The notes under the pieces are model-generated. The model ran no database searches and was not told the origin of the DNA. It saw nothing but the letters and a program-made list of their open reading frames with translations. Below are positions 18,775-28,254 of a stretch of DNA of 64,000 bases, piece by piece. The position numbers were made by a program, and so were the translations under genes. Each line of letters begins with the position of its first letter. The stretch's first letter is position 1. This DNA comes from an uncultured Gammaproteobacteria bacterium (lineage in GTDB: Bacteria; Pseudomonadota; Gammaproteobacteria; Steroidobacterales; Rariloculaceae), in NCBI GenBank assembly GCA_964466315.1, contig CAYXNS010000002.1:29174-93173 (forward strand), in the 5' to 3' direction.

Positions 18775-19362
18775 TTACGAGGAAGTTGGATTCCACTCGC
18801 TGACGATGGTCTCGAGCTGTGGTCTCGGTCTCTCTTTCGGTGGCTCGACGGCCGTGCCGATGTGAATGAAACCGACGAGCCTGGTTTCTTCCGAATGGCC
18901 CAACGCGACGCGGACTTCCGGATGATATGCCGGCCAGCCCGTGACCCACTGCGCGTTGAAGCCCAGGGCCCGGGTCGCGATGAGAATATTCTGGCAGACC
19001 GCGGCAGACGACAGGATCTGTTCGATTTCCGGTACCTTCACGAATCTGTGTGGATCCGGATGCGAGCCCACCACGAGGAGCAGCGGCGAACGCTGGGGCC
19101 TCTCGTGCTCAGCCTCGATCGTTGCTGCCGTGGCATCCGGATTCTCGCGCTCGAATATCGCGGCACAGGTTTTGCCGAAGACGCGCTGAGCATCTCCTCG
19201 TAAGACCTGAATGCGCCAGGGTTCGATGCCGCCGTGGTCGGGAACGCGAACGCCGGCGCTCAGGATTATTTTCAACGTGTCGTCGTCCGGGCCGGGCTCA
19301 CCGAGGTTCATCGCGAGTACCGAGCGGCGAGTAAGAAGCAGGTCTATCGTAGTGTTCGTCAT
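18775..19362 (-). CDS. nitroreductase family protein
   Basis: LLTRRSV...PGPDDDTLKIILSAGVRVPDHGGIEPWR is the typical nitroreductase N-terminus. Confidence 0.8.
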   Translation of the reverse strand: MTNTTIDLLLTRRSVLAMNLGEPGPDDDTLKIILSAGVRVPDHGGIEPWRIQVLRGDAQRVFGKTCAAIFERENPDATAATIEAEHERPQRSPLLLVVGSHPDPHRFVKVPEIEQILSSAAVCQNILIATRALGFNAQWVTGWPAYHPEVRVALGHSEETRLVGFIHIGTAVEPPKERPRPQLETIVSEWNPTSS

Positions 19363-19389
19363 TCTCGGCGCCCGTGGCGAAATCGAAGA

Positions 19390-19682
19390 TTAACGCGTAT
19401 CCGGCGCCTTGACCCGCTGTGCGAGTACGAGCCAGATTCCACCCAGCGTTGCTATCGACGCAGTGAGGAGGCGTGCGGTGATGTCTTCAGACAGTAACAC
19501 GACACCACCGAAGGTGGCGATGATCGGCACCGACAGCTGTACCGTGGCCGCCCGGCCCCGAGCGCCATGCGGCACAGCAACGAACTTGCCGCGAACGCGA
19601 TCATGGCGAGCACGGTTAGAAATGCAGTGCCGCCGAGAGATGAGGCCAGTATCATAGACGGAAGACTAAGAGTCTGCGTCAT
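19390..19682 (-). pseudogene. EamA/DMT-family transporter remnant (N-terminal ~45 codons joined out of frame to C-terminal ~55 codons)
   Basis: ORF 19452..19682 starts MTQTLS...FLTVLAMIAFAASSLLCRMALG (EamA N-terminus). ORF 19390..19575, in another frame, reads ..RAATVQLSVPIIATFGGVVLLSEDITARLLTASIATLGGIWLV (EamA C-terminal helices). About 200 codons are missing. Confidence 0.6.
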
Positions 19683-19728
19683 AGAGGTAACCTAGCGCGG
19701 CCGATGTCGCGCAACCGAGGAAGGCCTG

Positions 19729-20709
19729 GTGTCAGAACTGCCATATGCGAATCTCTCGCCCGATGTGGTACTGGAAGCGCTCGAGGGAGTCGGGTTTCGC
19801 TGCGATGGCAGAATTCTCGCCCTGAATAGTTACGAAAACCGCGTCTACCAGTTAGGACTGGAGGACGGTGGATTCATGGTCGCGAAGTTCTATCGCCCGA
19901 ATCGGTGGACGGATGCGGCAATCCTCGAGGAGCACGAATTCTCGGCGGAACTCGTCGCTCAAGAAATCCCCGTCGTCGCCCCACTCATCGTCGATAATGC
20001 GACACTGCACGAGCATCGGGGTTTCAGGTTCGCCGTCTTCCTCAGGCAAGGGGGACGCTGGCCCGAGCTGAACTCAACCGTGGATAGACTGTGGATGGGA
20101 CGCTTCGTAGGGCGCATCCATGCCGTGGGTTCGGCCGGTTCGTTCTCACACCGCCAGACGATGTCCGCGGAGCGAATGGGGAATGAGTCAGCGGCGTACC
20201 TCTTGGGCAACGACTGGCTCCCGGATCATCTCGTCGAGAGTTACGAGGCGATCGTCCTGCAGTTAGTCGAGTCGATCGATGACGCTTTCGAACGCACGGG
20301 AGAATATCGGCAGTTACGTATTCACGGCGACTGTCATCCTGGAAATGTCTTGTGGACAGATGATGGACCCCACTTCGTCGACCTCGACGACTGTATTTCC
20401 GGTCCGGCTGTCCAGGATCTATGGTTGTTCCTATCCGGTGACCGCGACGAACGCGCCGGCCAGCTGCAAGATCTCCTGGAGGGCTACAATCAATTTTTCC
20501 AGTTCGATTACCGCCAACTCCACCTGATCGAAGCGCTGCGTACACTGCGCATGATTCACTACACGGCCTGGATTGCACGCCGCTGGGAGGATCCCGCATT
20601 CCCACGCGCTTTCCCTTGGTTCGTGGAGAACAAGTATTGGGAAGAACACGTTCTCGCGTTGAAAGAACAAGCCGCCGCACTCAGTGAGCAGCTGCTCGAG
20701 GTCGTGTAG
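19729..20709 (+). CDS. srkA: stress-response serine/threonine kinase SrkA (YihE/RdoA)
   Basis: LSPDVVLEALEGVGFRCDGRILALNSYENRVYQL...VAKFYRPNRWTDAAILEEHEF is close to E. coli YihE as I recall it. GTG start. Confidence 0.85.
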   Translation: MSELPYANLSPDVVLEALEGVGFRCDGRILALNSYENRVYQLGLEDGGFMVAKFYRPNRWTDAAILEEHEFSAELVAQEIPVVAPLIVDNATLHEHRGFRFAVFLRQGGRWPELNSTVDRLWMGRFVGRIHAVGSAGSFSHRQTMSAERMGNESAAYLLGNDWLPDHLVESYEAIVLQLVESIDDAFERTGEYRQLRIHGDCHPGNVLWTDDGPHFVDLDDCISGPAVQDLWLFLSGDRDERAGQLQDLLEGYNQFFQFDYRQLHLIEALRTLRMIHYTAWIARRWEDPAFPRAFPWFVENKYWEEHVLALKEQAAALSEQLLEVV

Positions 20710-20744
20710 ACTGCAAGCGGCACAGTCAAGCGAGGAATCCTCTC

Positions 20745-23147
20745 ATGGCTTACACACTGCTCGGCAAGGACTTCACACCGCCCGACGTTAGAGCCAAGGT
20801 CACTGGCCGCGGACTCTATGCCGAAGATTTTCGTGCCGAGGGAATGGCGTTCTGCCGTCTCCTTACGAGCCCCATTCCTCATGGGCGCGTAAACAATATC
20901 GACTCGACTGAAGCTTTGGCCATGGACGGCGTCCTCGGTGTGTTAACGGCGGATGAAGTCCCGGCGCTACCAGCCCCCCAGGACCCGATCCTGTCGAACG
21001 AGCCGATGTGGGTGGGTCAGCCGATACTGGCGGTTGCCGCTGTGGACGAGACCACTGCCCATAACGCTCTCGAGAAGATCTCGCTCGACATCGAGCCGCT
21101 GCCGTTTCTTATCGATCCGCTCGAAAGTCTATATCCGGCCGGGCCGGACGCGAGGCCGGGCGGTAACGTTGCCGGCCGAGGGCTCGAGTTGCAGTCGATC
21201 AAGTGGACGGCGCAGGATTTCGCGGCGGCGGGCGAGGGTCGATTGCCAATGGGGACGCCCGCCGCGGAATGGAGCTACGGTGATCTGGAGGCTGGCTTCG
21301 CCGCCGCCGAGTACATGCTCGAGGAGAACTTCGTCACCTCATCGCTCTCACATCACTCCATGGAGCCGCGAACGGCGATGGCCTATTGGGAGAACGGCCG
21401 CTGTTTTCTGCATGGCTCCTCGCAGAGTCAAAGCTTTGTGGTACCCACGCTTGCCGGCTGGATCGGTATCGATCCGTCGGATCTCGTCTTTATCGCCGAG
21501 TTCTGCGGTGGCGGATTCGGTTCCAAGGGCGGCGCGTACCCGGCTATGACGATACCGGCGCATATGTCACGGAAGATCGGACGCCCGGCCATGATGCGCA
21601 TCAGTCGACACGAGGAGTACTGTATTGGCTCGGCACGCCCGGCCTTCCAGGGCCGTATCCGGATGGGATTTGCCGCGACTGGCCGGGTCACCGCCGTCGA
21701 CATGTACATCGTTCAGGACAACGGCCCCAACACCGGCTTTCCGGACTGGACGTCGGCTGCCGACAACGTGTCGATCGTCTATACACCCGAGGCCATGCGA
21801 TTTCGCGGAATTCCCGTGCTCACGAACACGCCGCAGCGCGGCCCTCAACGCGGTCCGGGACAGAATCAAATCGCGGCTGCCGTAGAACCGCTGATCGACA
21901 AAGCGGCGCGGGAACTCGGGCTCGATCAGCTCGAAATACGCCGCATCAACGCGCCGGACAACGATACGGTCTATGGTGGCAGACAGACGCCGCTCACGAG
22001 CGCCTACCTCGGGAACGCACTCGAGATCGGCGCCGAGCAGTTCGACTGGGAAGCCAAGCGGGCGCTGAGCGGGCAACGCGACGGCTCCAAAGTGATCGGG
22101 GTCGGTGTCGGGCAGGCCTATCACTCGGCCGGGGGGAACGGTTTCGACGGCCTGGTCCGGATCACGCCGGACGGGATGCTGCACATCCACACGGGTGTCG
22201 GTAACCTCGGGACGTTCTCCCACTCCGGCACGTCGCGTGTGGCCGCCGAAGTCCTGCAATACGATTGGGACAACTGCGTCGTCGTACGCGGCGATACTCG
22301 TAAGCATCTTCCCTGGAATCTCGGGCAGTTCGGCAGCAACACCTCGTTCACGATGACGCGTACGAACTATGTCGCCGCAATGGACGCGTTGACGAAGCTC
22401 AAGGAAATCGCGGCCCTGGATTTCGGTGGGACTGCCGACGACTACGATGTGGCCGGTGAACGCGTGTTTTCAAAGTCGGACAACACGCAGGGGTTGAGTT
22501 ACGCTGAAGCAGCACAGCGTGCGATCGAATTGGGCGGCAGGTACTCGGGTCAGGAGACGCCCGACGACATCAACCCGATGACCAGTGCCTCGGTGGCGGC
22601 GCTTGCCGGTACTGGGCTCATCGGTGTCGCGAAGGATAATCTGGAACGCGTAGGAACAGTCCCAGCGCTCGCGGCAGGCTTCATACAGATCGAACTGGAT
22701 CTCGAGACGGGCAAGTTCGATATCGTCGAGTACATAGGTGTGGCCGATTGCGGCACCGTCATCCATCCGTTGAATCTCGCGAACCAGATCAAGGGCGCCG
22801 CCGTCATGGGCATCGGCATGGCGTCGACGGAGCGTTATATCATCGATCCTCAGAATGGGTTGTCGGCCAATATCGGTCTGTATCAGGCGAAACCGCCGAC
22901 CTATCTGGATATGCCAGCCATCATGGGTTCGGCAGCTGTTGACGAACCGGACCGATACAATCCCGTCGGCGCCAAAGGTATCGGCGAGCCGATCATGGGT
23001 TGTGCGACCGCGGCGCTGCTCTGCGCGATATCCGACGCTCTCGGCGGGCATGTCTTCAATCGCACGCCGGTCGTGCCGGACATGATCGTCAACGCCGTCG
23101 CCGGGCGAGAGCAATCGCACCAACCGCTGCAGCTGCACACAGCCTGA
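20745..23147 (+). CDS. xanthine dehydrogenase/aldehyde oxidase family molybdopterin-binding subunit (paralogue 1, no adjacent FeS/FAD partners)
   Basis: 800 aa with a/b-hammerhead and Moco-binding patterns (HHSMEPR, GGGFGSKG, QRGPGQNQ, GIGEP). Paralogous to 24700..27096. Confidence 0.85.
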   Translation: MAYTLLGKDFTPPDVRAKVTGRGLYAEDFRAEGMAFCRLLTSPIPHGRVNNIDSTEALAMDGVLGVLTADEVPALPAPQDPILSNEPMWVGQPILAVAAVDETTAHNALEKISLDIEPLPFLIDPLESLYPAGPDARPGGNVAGRGLELQSIKWTAQDFAAAGEGRLPMGTPAAEWSYGDLEAGFAAAEYMLEENFVTSSLSHHSMEPRTAMAYWENGRCFLHGSSQSQSFVVPTLAGWIGIDPSDLVFIAEFCGGGFGSKGGAYPAMTIPAHMSRKIGRPAMMRISRHEEYCIGSARPAFQGRIRMGFAATGRVTAVDMYIVQDNGPNTGFPDWTSAADNVSIVYTPEAMRFRGIPVLTNTPQRGPQRGPGQNQIAAAVEPLIDKAARELGLDQLEIRRINAPDNDTVYGGRQTPLTSAYLGNALEIGAEQFDWEAKRALSGQRDGSKVIGVGVGQAYHSAGGNGFDGLVRITPDGMLHIHTGVGNLGTFSHSGTSRVAAEVLQYDWDNCVVVRGDTRKHLPWNLGQFGSNTSFTMTRTNYVAAMDALTKLKEIAALDFGGTADDYDVAGERVFSKSDNTQGLSYAEAAQRAIELGGRYSGQETPDDINPMTSASVAALAGTGLIGVAKDNLERVGTVPALAAGFIQIELDLETGKFDIVEYIGVADCGTVIHPLNLANQIKGAAVMGIGMASTERYIIDPQNGLSANIGLYQAKPPTYLDMPAIMGSAAVDEPDRYNPVGAKGIGEPIMGCATAALLCAISDALGGHVFNRTPVVPDMIVNAVAGREQSHQPLQLHTA

Positions 23148-23173
23148 GACGACGTCGAACGAAGCGTGTAGGA

Positions 23174-23192
23174 GCGACCCCCCCCCGGTCGC
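23174..23192. terminator. small hairpin between convergent genes
   Basis: GCGACC-CCCCCCC-GGTCGC. Confidence 0.25.
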
Positions 23193-23219
23193 GACCAGCG
23201 TCGGTGGTCGGAGGCGCGC

Positions 23220-23813
23220 CTACAGGACCTGACAGACCTCGTCGAAGTCGAATCGCGGCAAGCGTTCGAAGATACTCTCGGGGTCGCCCTCGCCGAGTCC
23301 GCAAATGAAGTTTGATTTGCAATGCCCATCGGGGAAAAACTCCGCATCGACGCCGGGATTCTTGAAGCCCGACATCGGCCCGCAGTCCAGGCCGACGGCT
23401 CGCGCTGCGAGCATGAAATAGGCGCCCTGCAACGACCCATTCCTGAAGGCGACGATGCTAGTTCGCGCCTCATCGTCGATGAAATGATCCTTGTTCTCCG
23501 GGCGGAACGGCGTGAGCTTCTCGAAGTGCTCATAGAATCGCATGTCGTGGGCGATGATAGTGAGTACGGGTGCGGTCATCGTCTTCGTAATGTTGTTCGG
23601 CATGAGGTGGGGCTTGATGCGTTCCTTGGCTTCTTGAGTGTGCAAGAAGACGAACCGGCCCGGACAGCAATTGAACGCCGTCGGGCCCATTTTCAGTATG
23701 TCGTAGAGACGGCGCAACTGATCCTCGGTCACCGGCGTGTCGCGCCAGCCGTTATAGCTTCGGGCATCGAAAAAAAGTTGCCGCAGGGGTGCTTGATCTA
23801 CGATTCCTTTCAT
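23220..23813 (-). CDS. RutE-like nitroreductase (malonic semialdehyde reductase family)
   Basis: LFFDARSYNGWRDTPVTEDQLRRLYDILKMGPTAFNCCPGRFVF...GPMSGF...RLPRFDFDEVCQVL parallels E. coli RutE end to end, as I recall it. Confidence 0.75.
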   Translation of the reverse strand: MKGIVDQAPLRQLFFDARSYNGWRDTPVTEDQLRRLYDILKMGPTAFNCCPGRFVFLHTQEAKERIKPHLMPNNITKTMTAPVLTIIAHDMRFYEHFEKLTPFRPENKDHFIDDEARTSIVAFRNGSLQGAYFMLAARAVGLDCGPMSGFKNPGVDAEFFPDGHCKSNFICGLGEGDPESIFERLPRFDFDEVCQVL

Positions 23814-24010
23814 CTGCAGTCCTTTTCCATTCTGCCGAAAGTTTAATAGTCACGGTACCATACGCCGGCAGGCGGAAGTGTATCTTAAAGGCCTGATTCT
23901 CGGGGCGCTTACCGCCTCCGCAGGCCGTTGGGCCGGTTGTTTGAGCGGGGCTTTTCCCATACGATCTAAAAGTCGATCTGTCCGTTCTATCTCCGCAGGG
24001 GGGATTCCTG

Positions 24011-24697
24011 ATGGCTGAAGATAAGACCGCTCCAATGCCCGTTGCTGCGCCATTTCCAGAGCCTCAGTACGACGATGGCGGTGTGCTCGCCGAGCTCGGC
24101 AGAAGCCGCGCTTCGCGGCGCAAGTTCATCAAAGGTGTTATCGCTTCCGGTGCGGCCGTGTCATCCACCGGGTACGTATTCGGCGGCTTGAGTGGCTGTA
24201 CGCCGGCTGAGCAGACTACGCCCGGTGGCGTCGAGCGATTGCTGAGTCTCAATGTAAACGGTCAGGCTCGCCCCGTCGACGTATTGCCCAACGAGACTCT
24301 GGCGATGACCCTGCGCTACAAGCTCGGTTTGACGGGTACGAAACTCGCTTGCGATCGCGGTGAGTGTGGAGCATGCACAGTGCTGATCGACGGTACGCCG
24401 GGCTATTCCTGCTCGACTCTCACGCATACGGCCCGCGGGCGCTCGATAACCACGATAGAAGGTATCGAAGGGCCGAACGGTGAGCTTCATCCCGTGCAAC
24501 AGGCGATGATCGACGAGCTTGGCCCACAGTGCGGCTTCTGCACACCCGGTCAGGTCATGACCGCCGTGGCACTTCTGGAGACGAACCCGAATCCGACGCG
24601 GGATGAAGCCCGCTTCGCGATGTCCGGAAACCTGTGCCGCTGCGGGGCTTACGATCACTACTTGAACTCGGTCATGCGGGCGGCTCAGGACGCATAA
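24011..24697 (+). CDS. [2Fe-2S]-binding small subunit of an XDH-family enzyme, with a twin-arginine (Tat) signal
   Basis: SRRKFIKGVIASGAAV Tat motif. GECGACTV, CGFCTPG and CRCGAY cluster motifs. Confidence 0.85.
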   Translation: MAEDKTAPMPVAAPFPEPQYDDGGVLAELGRSRASRRKFIKGVIASGAAVSSTGYVFGGLSGCTPAEQTTPGGVERLLSLNVNGQARPVDVLPNETLAMTLRYKLGLTGTKLACDRGECGACTVLIDGTPGYSCSTLTHTARGRSITTIEGIEGPNGELHPVQQAMIDELGPQCGFCTPGQVMTAVALLETNPNPTRDEARFAMSGNLCRCGAYDHYLNSVMRAAQDA

Positions 24698-24699
24698 AC

Positions 24700-27096
24700 A
24701 TGGCCTGGGACCTCATCGGCAAGAATTTCATCCCTCCCGACATACATGGCAAAGTTACCGGTAGGGCGAAGTACGCCGAGGATTTTCGTGCCGACGGCAT
24801 GGTCTTCGGGCGATTGCTGACGAGTTCCGTCCCCCACGCGACGATTACGAACATCGACGCCTCTACGGCCCTCGCCATGGAGGGCGTGCTAGGCATCATC
24901 ACCGCAAACGACGAGGGACTCGACGGTCTGCTGACGAACGAGCCGAAATACGTAGGTGATCCGATTCTCGCCGTGGCCGCCGTCGACGAAACGACGGCAC
25001 AGGATGCGATCGATCGCGTCGACCTCGAGTTCGAACCTCTGCCCTATACTGTCGATCCCCTCGAGAGCCTGTATCCGGGCGGCCCCAACGGCCGCGCGGA
25101 TGGCACGAATATCGGCGGCGGGCGCACGGGGATGCAGCCCCGCCAGGTCAAGTGGACCGCACGTGACTTCGCTGCCGTCGAGGAAGGCCAGTTACCGATG
25201 GGTGAGGCAGCCATCGAGTGGGCCTTCGGCGATCTCGACTCGGGTTTCGCGGCCGCTGAACTCGTGATCGACGAAAGCTTCGTTACCCAGGGTAACTCTC
25301 ATCACTCGATGGAACCCCGCACGACCATGGCGTATTGGGAGAACGGCAAATGCTATGTGCACTCCGGTACGCAGAGCCTAACGGCAGCTCTGCCGAGTAT
25401 CGCTAACCAGCTCGGTATCGGCTTGGATGACTTCGTCTTTATCAACGAGCATTGTGGCGGCGGTTTCGGATCGAAGGGCACGGCATCGCAGACAGTCGGC
25501 ATTGCGGCCCATCTCTCCCGAAAGATCTCCCGTCCCGTCATGCTGCGCATCAGCCGTCGCGAGGAGTACTACATCGGTTCGGCACGCGGTAGTCTTCAAG
25601 GCCGGGTCCGGATGGGCTTTGGCGCGGACGGCGCCGTCACGGCCGTGGATTTTTCGGTCGTGCAGGATGGTGGTGCGAACGGTGGTTTCCAGGATGCCGG
25701 CGACGCGGCCCAGGCCGTTTCGATCATCTATCAGCCCGGGGCAATGAGATTCCGGGGCATCCCGGTCGTCACCAACACGACGCCGCGAGGACCGCAGCGC
25801 GGTCCGGGCCAGAACCAGATCGCGGCAGCACTCGAGCCGCTCGTCGATCGGGCCGCCCGCGAACTCGGCCTGGATCGTCTCGCGATCCGTAAGCTCAATG
25901 CGCCGGACAATACGGCGACGGTCGGCGGCAGCCAGGTACTCGTGAGCAGCGCTTATCTGCCGGACGCCCTCGACAAGGGTGCGGCCGCATTCAACTGGGA
26001 GGAGCAGGCTCAACGTAGCGGCGAACGCAACGGCTCGAAAGTCCGTGGTGTCGGTATCGGCGAGGCTTACCACGATGTCGGCCGGACGGGCTACGACGGC
26101 CTCGTCGTGCTGACGCCCGATGGCAAGCTGCAACTGCATAGCGGAGTCGGCAATCTCGGAACATATTCCTATGCGAGCACGACTCGAGCCGCTGCGGAAA
26201 TACTGAAATACGATTGGGCGAATTGTGTCGTTCACCAGGGCAGTAACGCGAAGTTTCTGCCGCGAGCATCGACGCAGACCGGCAGCAATACGTCCTGGAC
26301 GATGAGCCGGACTAACTACGTTGCAGCCGTAGATGCGGTCAACAAACTCAAAGAGATCGCGGCGGCGGATCTCGGCGGTGTCCCGGACAATTATGACATC
26401 GGTGATCATCGCGTGTTCGCGACCGACGACCCCGACCGCTTTCTGACCTACGCACAAGCCGCACAGCGTGCGATCGAGTTGGGCGGCCGTTTCTCAGGCG
26501 AGGATCCGCCAGAAGAGATTCACGAAATCACCAAGCTGGCCGTGGCAGGCGTCGCAGGTACGGGTCTGGTCGGCGTCGCGAAGGACACGCTGCGCATGGA
26601 AGGTGACATTCCCGCGCTCGCATGCGGGTTCGCCGCCGTCGACGTCGATCTCGAGACCGGGAAGGTCGAGCTAGTCGACTATGTCGGCGTGGCCGACTGC
26701 GGTACCGTGTTTCATCCGCAGGGCCTGGCGCAACAGGTGAAAGGCGGCGGTGTCTGGGGCGTCGGTTTCGCGCTCTTCGAGCGCCAGATCTACGATCCGC
26801 AGAACGGGCTGCCGGGCAATACCGGCTTCGAGCAGTGTAAACCGGCGACCTATCTCGACGTGCCATCGGCCATGCGTTGGGACGCGGTGGACATCGCCGA
26901 TCCGCAGAATCCCGTCGGTGCGCGTGGTATCGGCGAGCCGCCCATGGGCGCTTGCGCCTCGGCAATTCTCTGCGCCATTTCCGACGCCCTTGGTGGACAC
27001 GTCTTCAATCGAACGCCGGTGGTACCGGATATGATCGTTAACTACGTAGCCGGCCGGGAGCAGTCGTCCCGGCCTCTACAATTACACACAGCATAA
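24700..27096 (+). CDS. xanthine dehydrogenase/aldehyde oxidase family molybdopterin-binding subunit (paralogue 2)
   Basis: MAWDLIGKNF... begins 2 nt after the small-subunit stop. Same motif set as paralogue 1. The ORF-track start at 24634 overlaps the upstream gene and is rejected. Confidence 0.9.
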   Translation: MAWDLIGKNFIPPDIHGKVTGRAKYAEDFRADGMVFGRLLTSSVPHATITNIDASTALAMEGVLGIITANDEGLDGLLTNEPKYVGDPILAVAAVDETTAQDAIDRVDLEFEPLPYTVDPLESLYPGGPNGRADGTNIGGGRTGMQPRQVKWTARDFAAVEEGQLPMGEAAIEWAFGDLDSGFAAAELVIDESFVTQGNSHHSMEPRTTMAYWENGKCYVHSGTQSLTAALPSIANQLGIGLDDFVFINEHCGGGFGSKGTASQTVGIAAHLSRKISRPVMLRISRREEYYIGSARGSLQGRVRMGFGADGAVTAVDFSVVQDGGANGGFQDAGDAAQAVSIIYQPGAMRFRGIPVVTNTTPRGPQRGPGQNQIAAALEPLVDRAARELGLDRLAIRKLNAPDNTATVGGSQVLVSSAYLPDALDKGAAAFNWEEQAQRSGERNGSKVRGVGIGEAYHDVGRTGYDGLVVLTPDGKLQLHSGVGNLGTYSYASTTRAAAEILKYDWANCVVHQGSNAKFLPRASTQTGSNTSWTMSRTNYVAAVDAVNKLKEIAAADLGGVPDNYDIGDHRVFATDDPDRFLTYAQAAQRAIELGGRFSGEDPPEEIHEITKLAVAGVAGTGLVGVAKDTLRMEGDIPALACGFAAVDVDLETGKVELVDYVGVADCGTVFHPQGLAQQVKGGGVWGVGFALFERQIYDPQNGLPGNTGFEQCKPATYLDVPSAMRWDAVDIADPQNPVGARGIGEPPMGACASAILCAISDALGGHVFNRTPVVPDMIVNYVAGREQSSRPLQLHTA

Positions 27097-27107
27097 GGAG
27101 CGGAGCC

Positions 27108-28097
27108 ATGTCCAGAGACATGATGGCTAATTTCGAGCTCTACCAGCCGGATAGTGTAGACAATGCGTTGGATCTACTCGGCCGGTTCGGAGAGGACGGC
27201 TGGGCTATGGCAGGCGGCCACGATACGCTCGACTGGTTCAAGGACCGAGCCAAATACACGGCGAACGTCGTCGATCTGACCGGCATCGCCGAGTTACGCG
27301 GTATCCGCGAGACGGCGGACGGCGTCGAGATCGGCGCGCTCACGACATTGACCGAGATTGAGCAGAGTGCACTGATTCAAGAACGCTATGGTGTGTTGGC
27401 CGATGCGGCGCGCCGCGTTGCTAGCCCGCAGATCCGCAACACGGGCACCCTGGGAGGCAACGTCAATCAGGATACGCGCTGCTGGTACTACCGTTACGGT
27501 ACCGATTGTTATCGCGCGGGCGGGACGACCTGTTACGCCGATACGCCCGAAGGCCAGAATCGCGAGCATTGTCTGTGGGGCGCCGATCGTTGTGTCGCCG
27601 TCTCACCGTCCGATACCGCACCGGTGCTGGTCGTCCTGGATGCGAGCATGATCGTGCGCAATACGGAAGGCGAGCGCGTCGTCACGGCCGAGGATTACTT
27701 CATCGGTCCCGATATTGACATCGAGCGCATGACGGTACTCGAGCCGGGCGAACTTCTGACGGCAGTGAGGCTGCCGGCCGAGTGGGCTGGTGCGACGTTC
27801 TACTTCGAGAAAGTAGCCGACCGCAATACCTGGGATTTTCCGCTCGTAAACATCGCTTCCGCAATGGTCGTCGACGGTGGCACGATCTCTCGCATTCGTA
27901 TGGCGGCGGGTGCCGTGCAATGTGTCCCGAGAAGGCTGACCGTCGTTGAGGAAGTCGTTACCGGCAGCGCCAAGGACGAAGAGACCGCCGCATTGGCCGG
28001 TCAGGCTGCGATCCGTGGCGCGACGCCGCTGAACTTCAACCACTTCAAAATACCCCTGCTCGAAAACCTGGTGAAGCGCGCTATTCGCGACTCGTAA
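27108..28097 (+). CDS. FAD-binding subunit (CoxM/XdhB-like molybdopterin dehydrogenase FAD-binding domain)
   Basis: AGGHDTLDWFK, RNTGTLGGN, and C-terminal CO-dehydrogenase flavoprotein-like region. Confidence 0.85.
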   Translation: MSRDMMANFELYQPDSVDNALDLLGRFGEDGWAMAGGHDTLDWFKDRAKYTANVVDLTGIAELRGIRETADGVEIGALTTLTEIEQSALIQERYGVLADAARRVASPQIRNTGTLGGNVNQDTRCWYYRYGTDCYRAGGTTCYADTPEGQNREHCLWGADRCVAVSPSDTAPVLVVLDASMIVRNTEGERVVTAEDYFIGPDIDIERMTVLEPGELLTAVRLPAEWAGATFYFEKVADRNTWDFPLVNIASAMVVDGGTISRIRMAAGAVQCVPRRLTVVEEVVTGSAKDEETAALAGQAAIRGATPLNFNHFKIPLLENLVKRAIRDS

Positions 28098-28155
28098 TCC
28101 GGTGGAAGTTCTCCGAGTCAGCCGCGACGTTTGGGGGCAAGAGGTCGTTCAGGGC

Positions 28156-28251
28156 GTGTCTTGGGATCTTTTGCCTGTGTTCTTTTTCGGCGCAGCGGTG
28201 TTCATATTGCTGCATGCCCTCTATCGCCGGTTCCTCGCTCCAAAGCGATAG
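28156..28251 (+). CDS. candidate 31-codon hydrophobic small ORF (alternative GTG at 28102 gives 49 codons)
   Basis: Reads (M)SWDLLPVFFFGAAVFILLHALYRRFLAPKR, one TM-like segment with a basic tail. AAGAGG lies ~12 nt upstream. The stop is 3 nt before the cytochrome b ATG. Below the ORF-track size cutoff. Confidence 0.25.
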   Translation: MSWDLLPVFFFGAAVFILLHALYRRFLAPKR

Positions 28252-28254
28252 TTA

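Noticed and set aside
18540-18775. Gap with small ORFs on both strands (18544..18756 +, 18547..18729 -).
   Set aside because: There are no recognisable motifs, and the ORFs overlap each other. Probably non-coding or too degraded to call.
24634-24699. Upstream-extended starts given by the ORF track: 24634 for the Moco subunit, 40121 for the NYN gene, 33665 for the OMP, 4179 for SMP-30, 45574 for maoC-like and 57383 for the ABC ATPase.
   Set aside because: The extensions overlap neighbouring genes or junk sequence. Downstream ATGs give canonical N-termini (MAWDLIGKNF, MNTDPVSR.., a signal peptide, MSKTRTKEQ.., MRLESL..).
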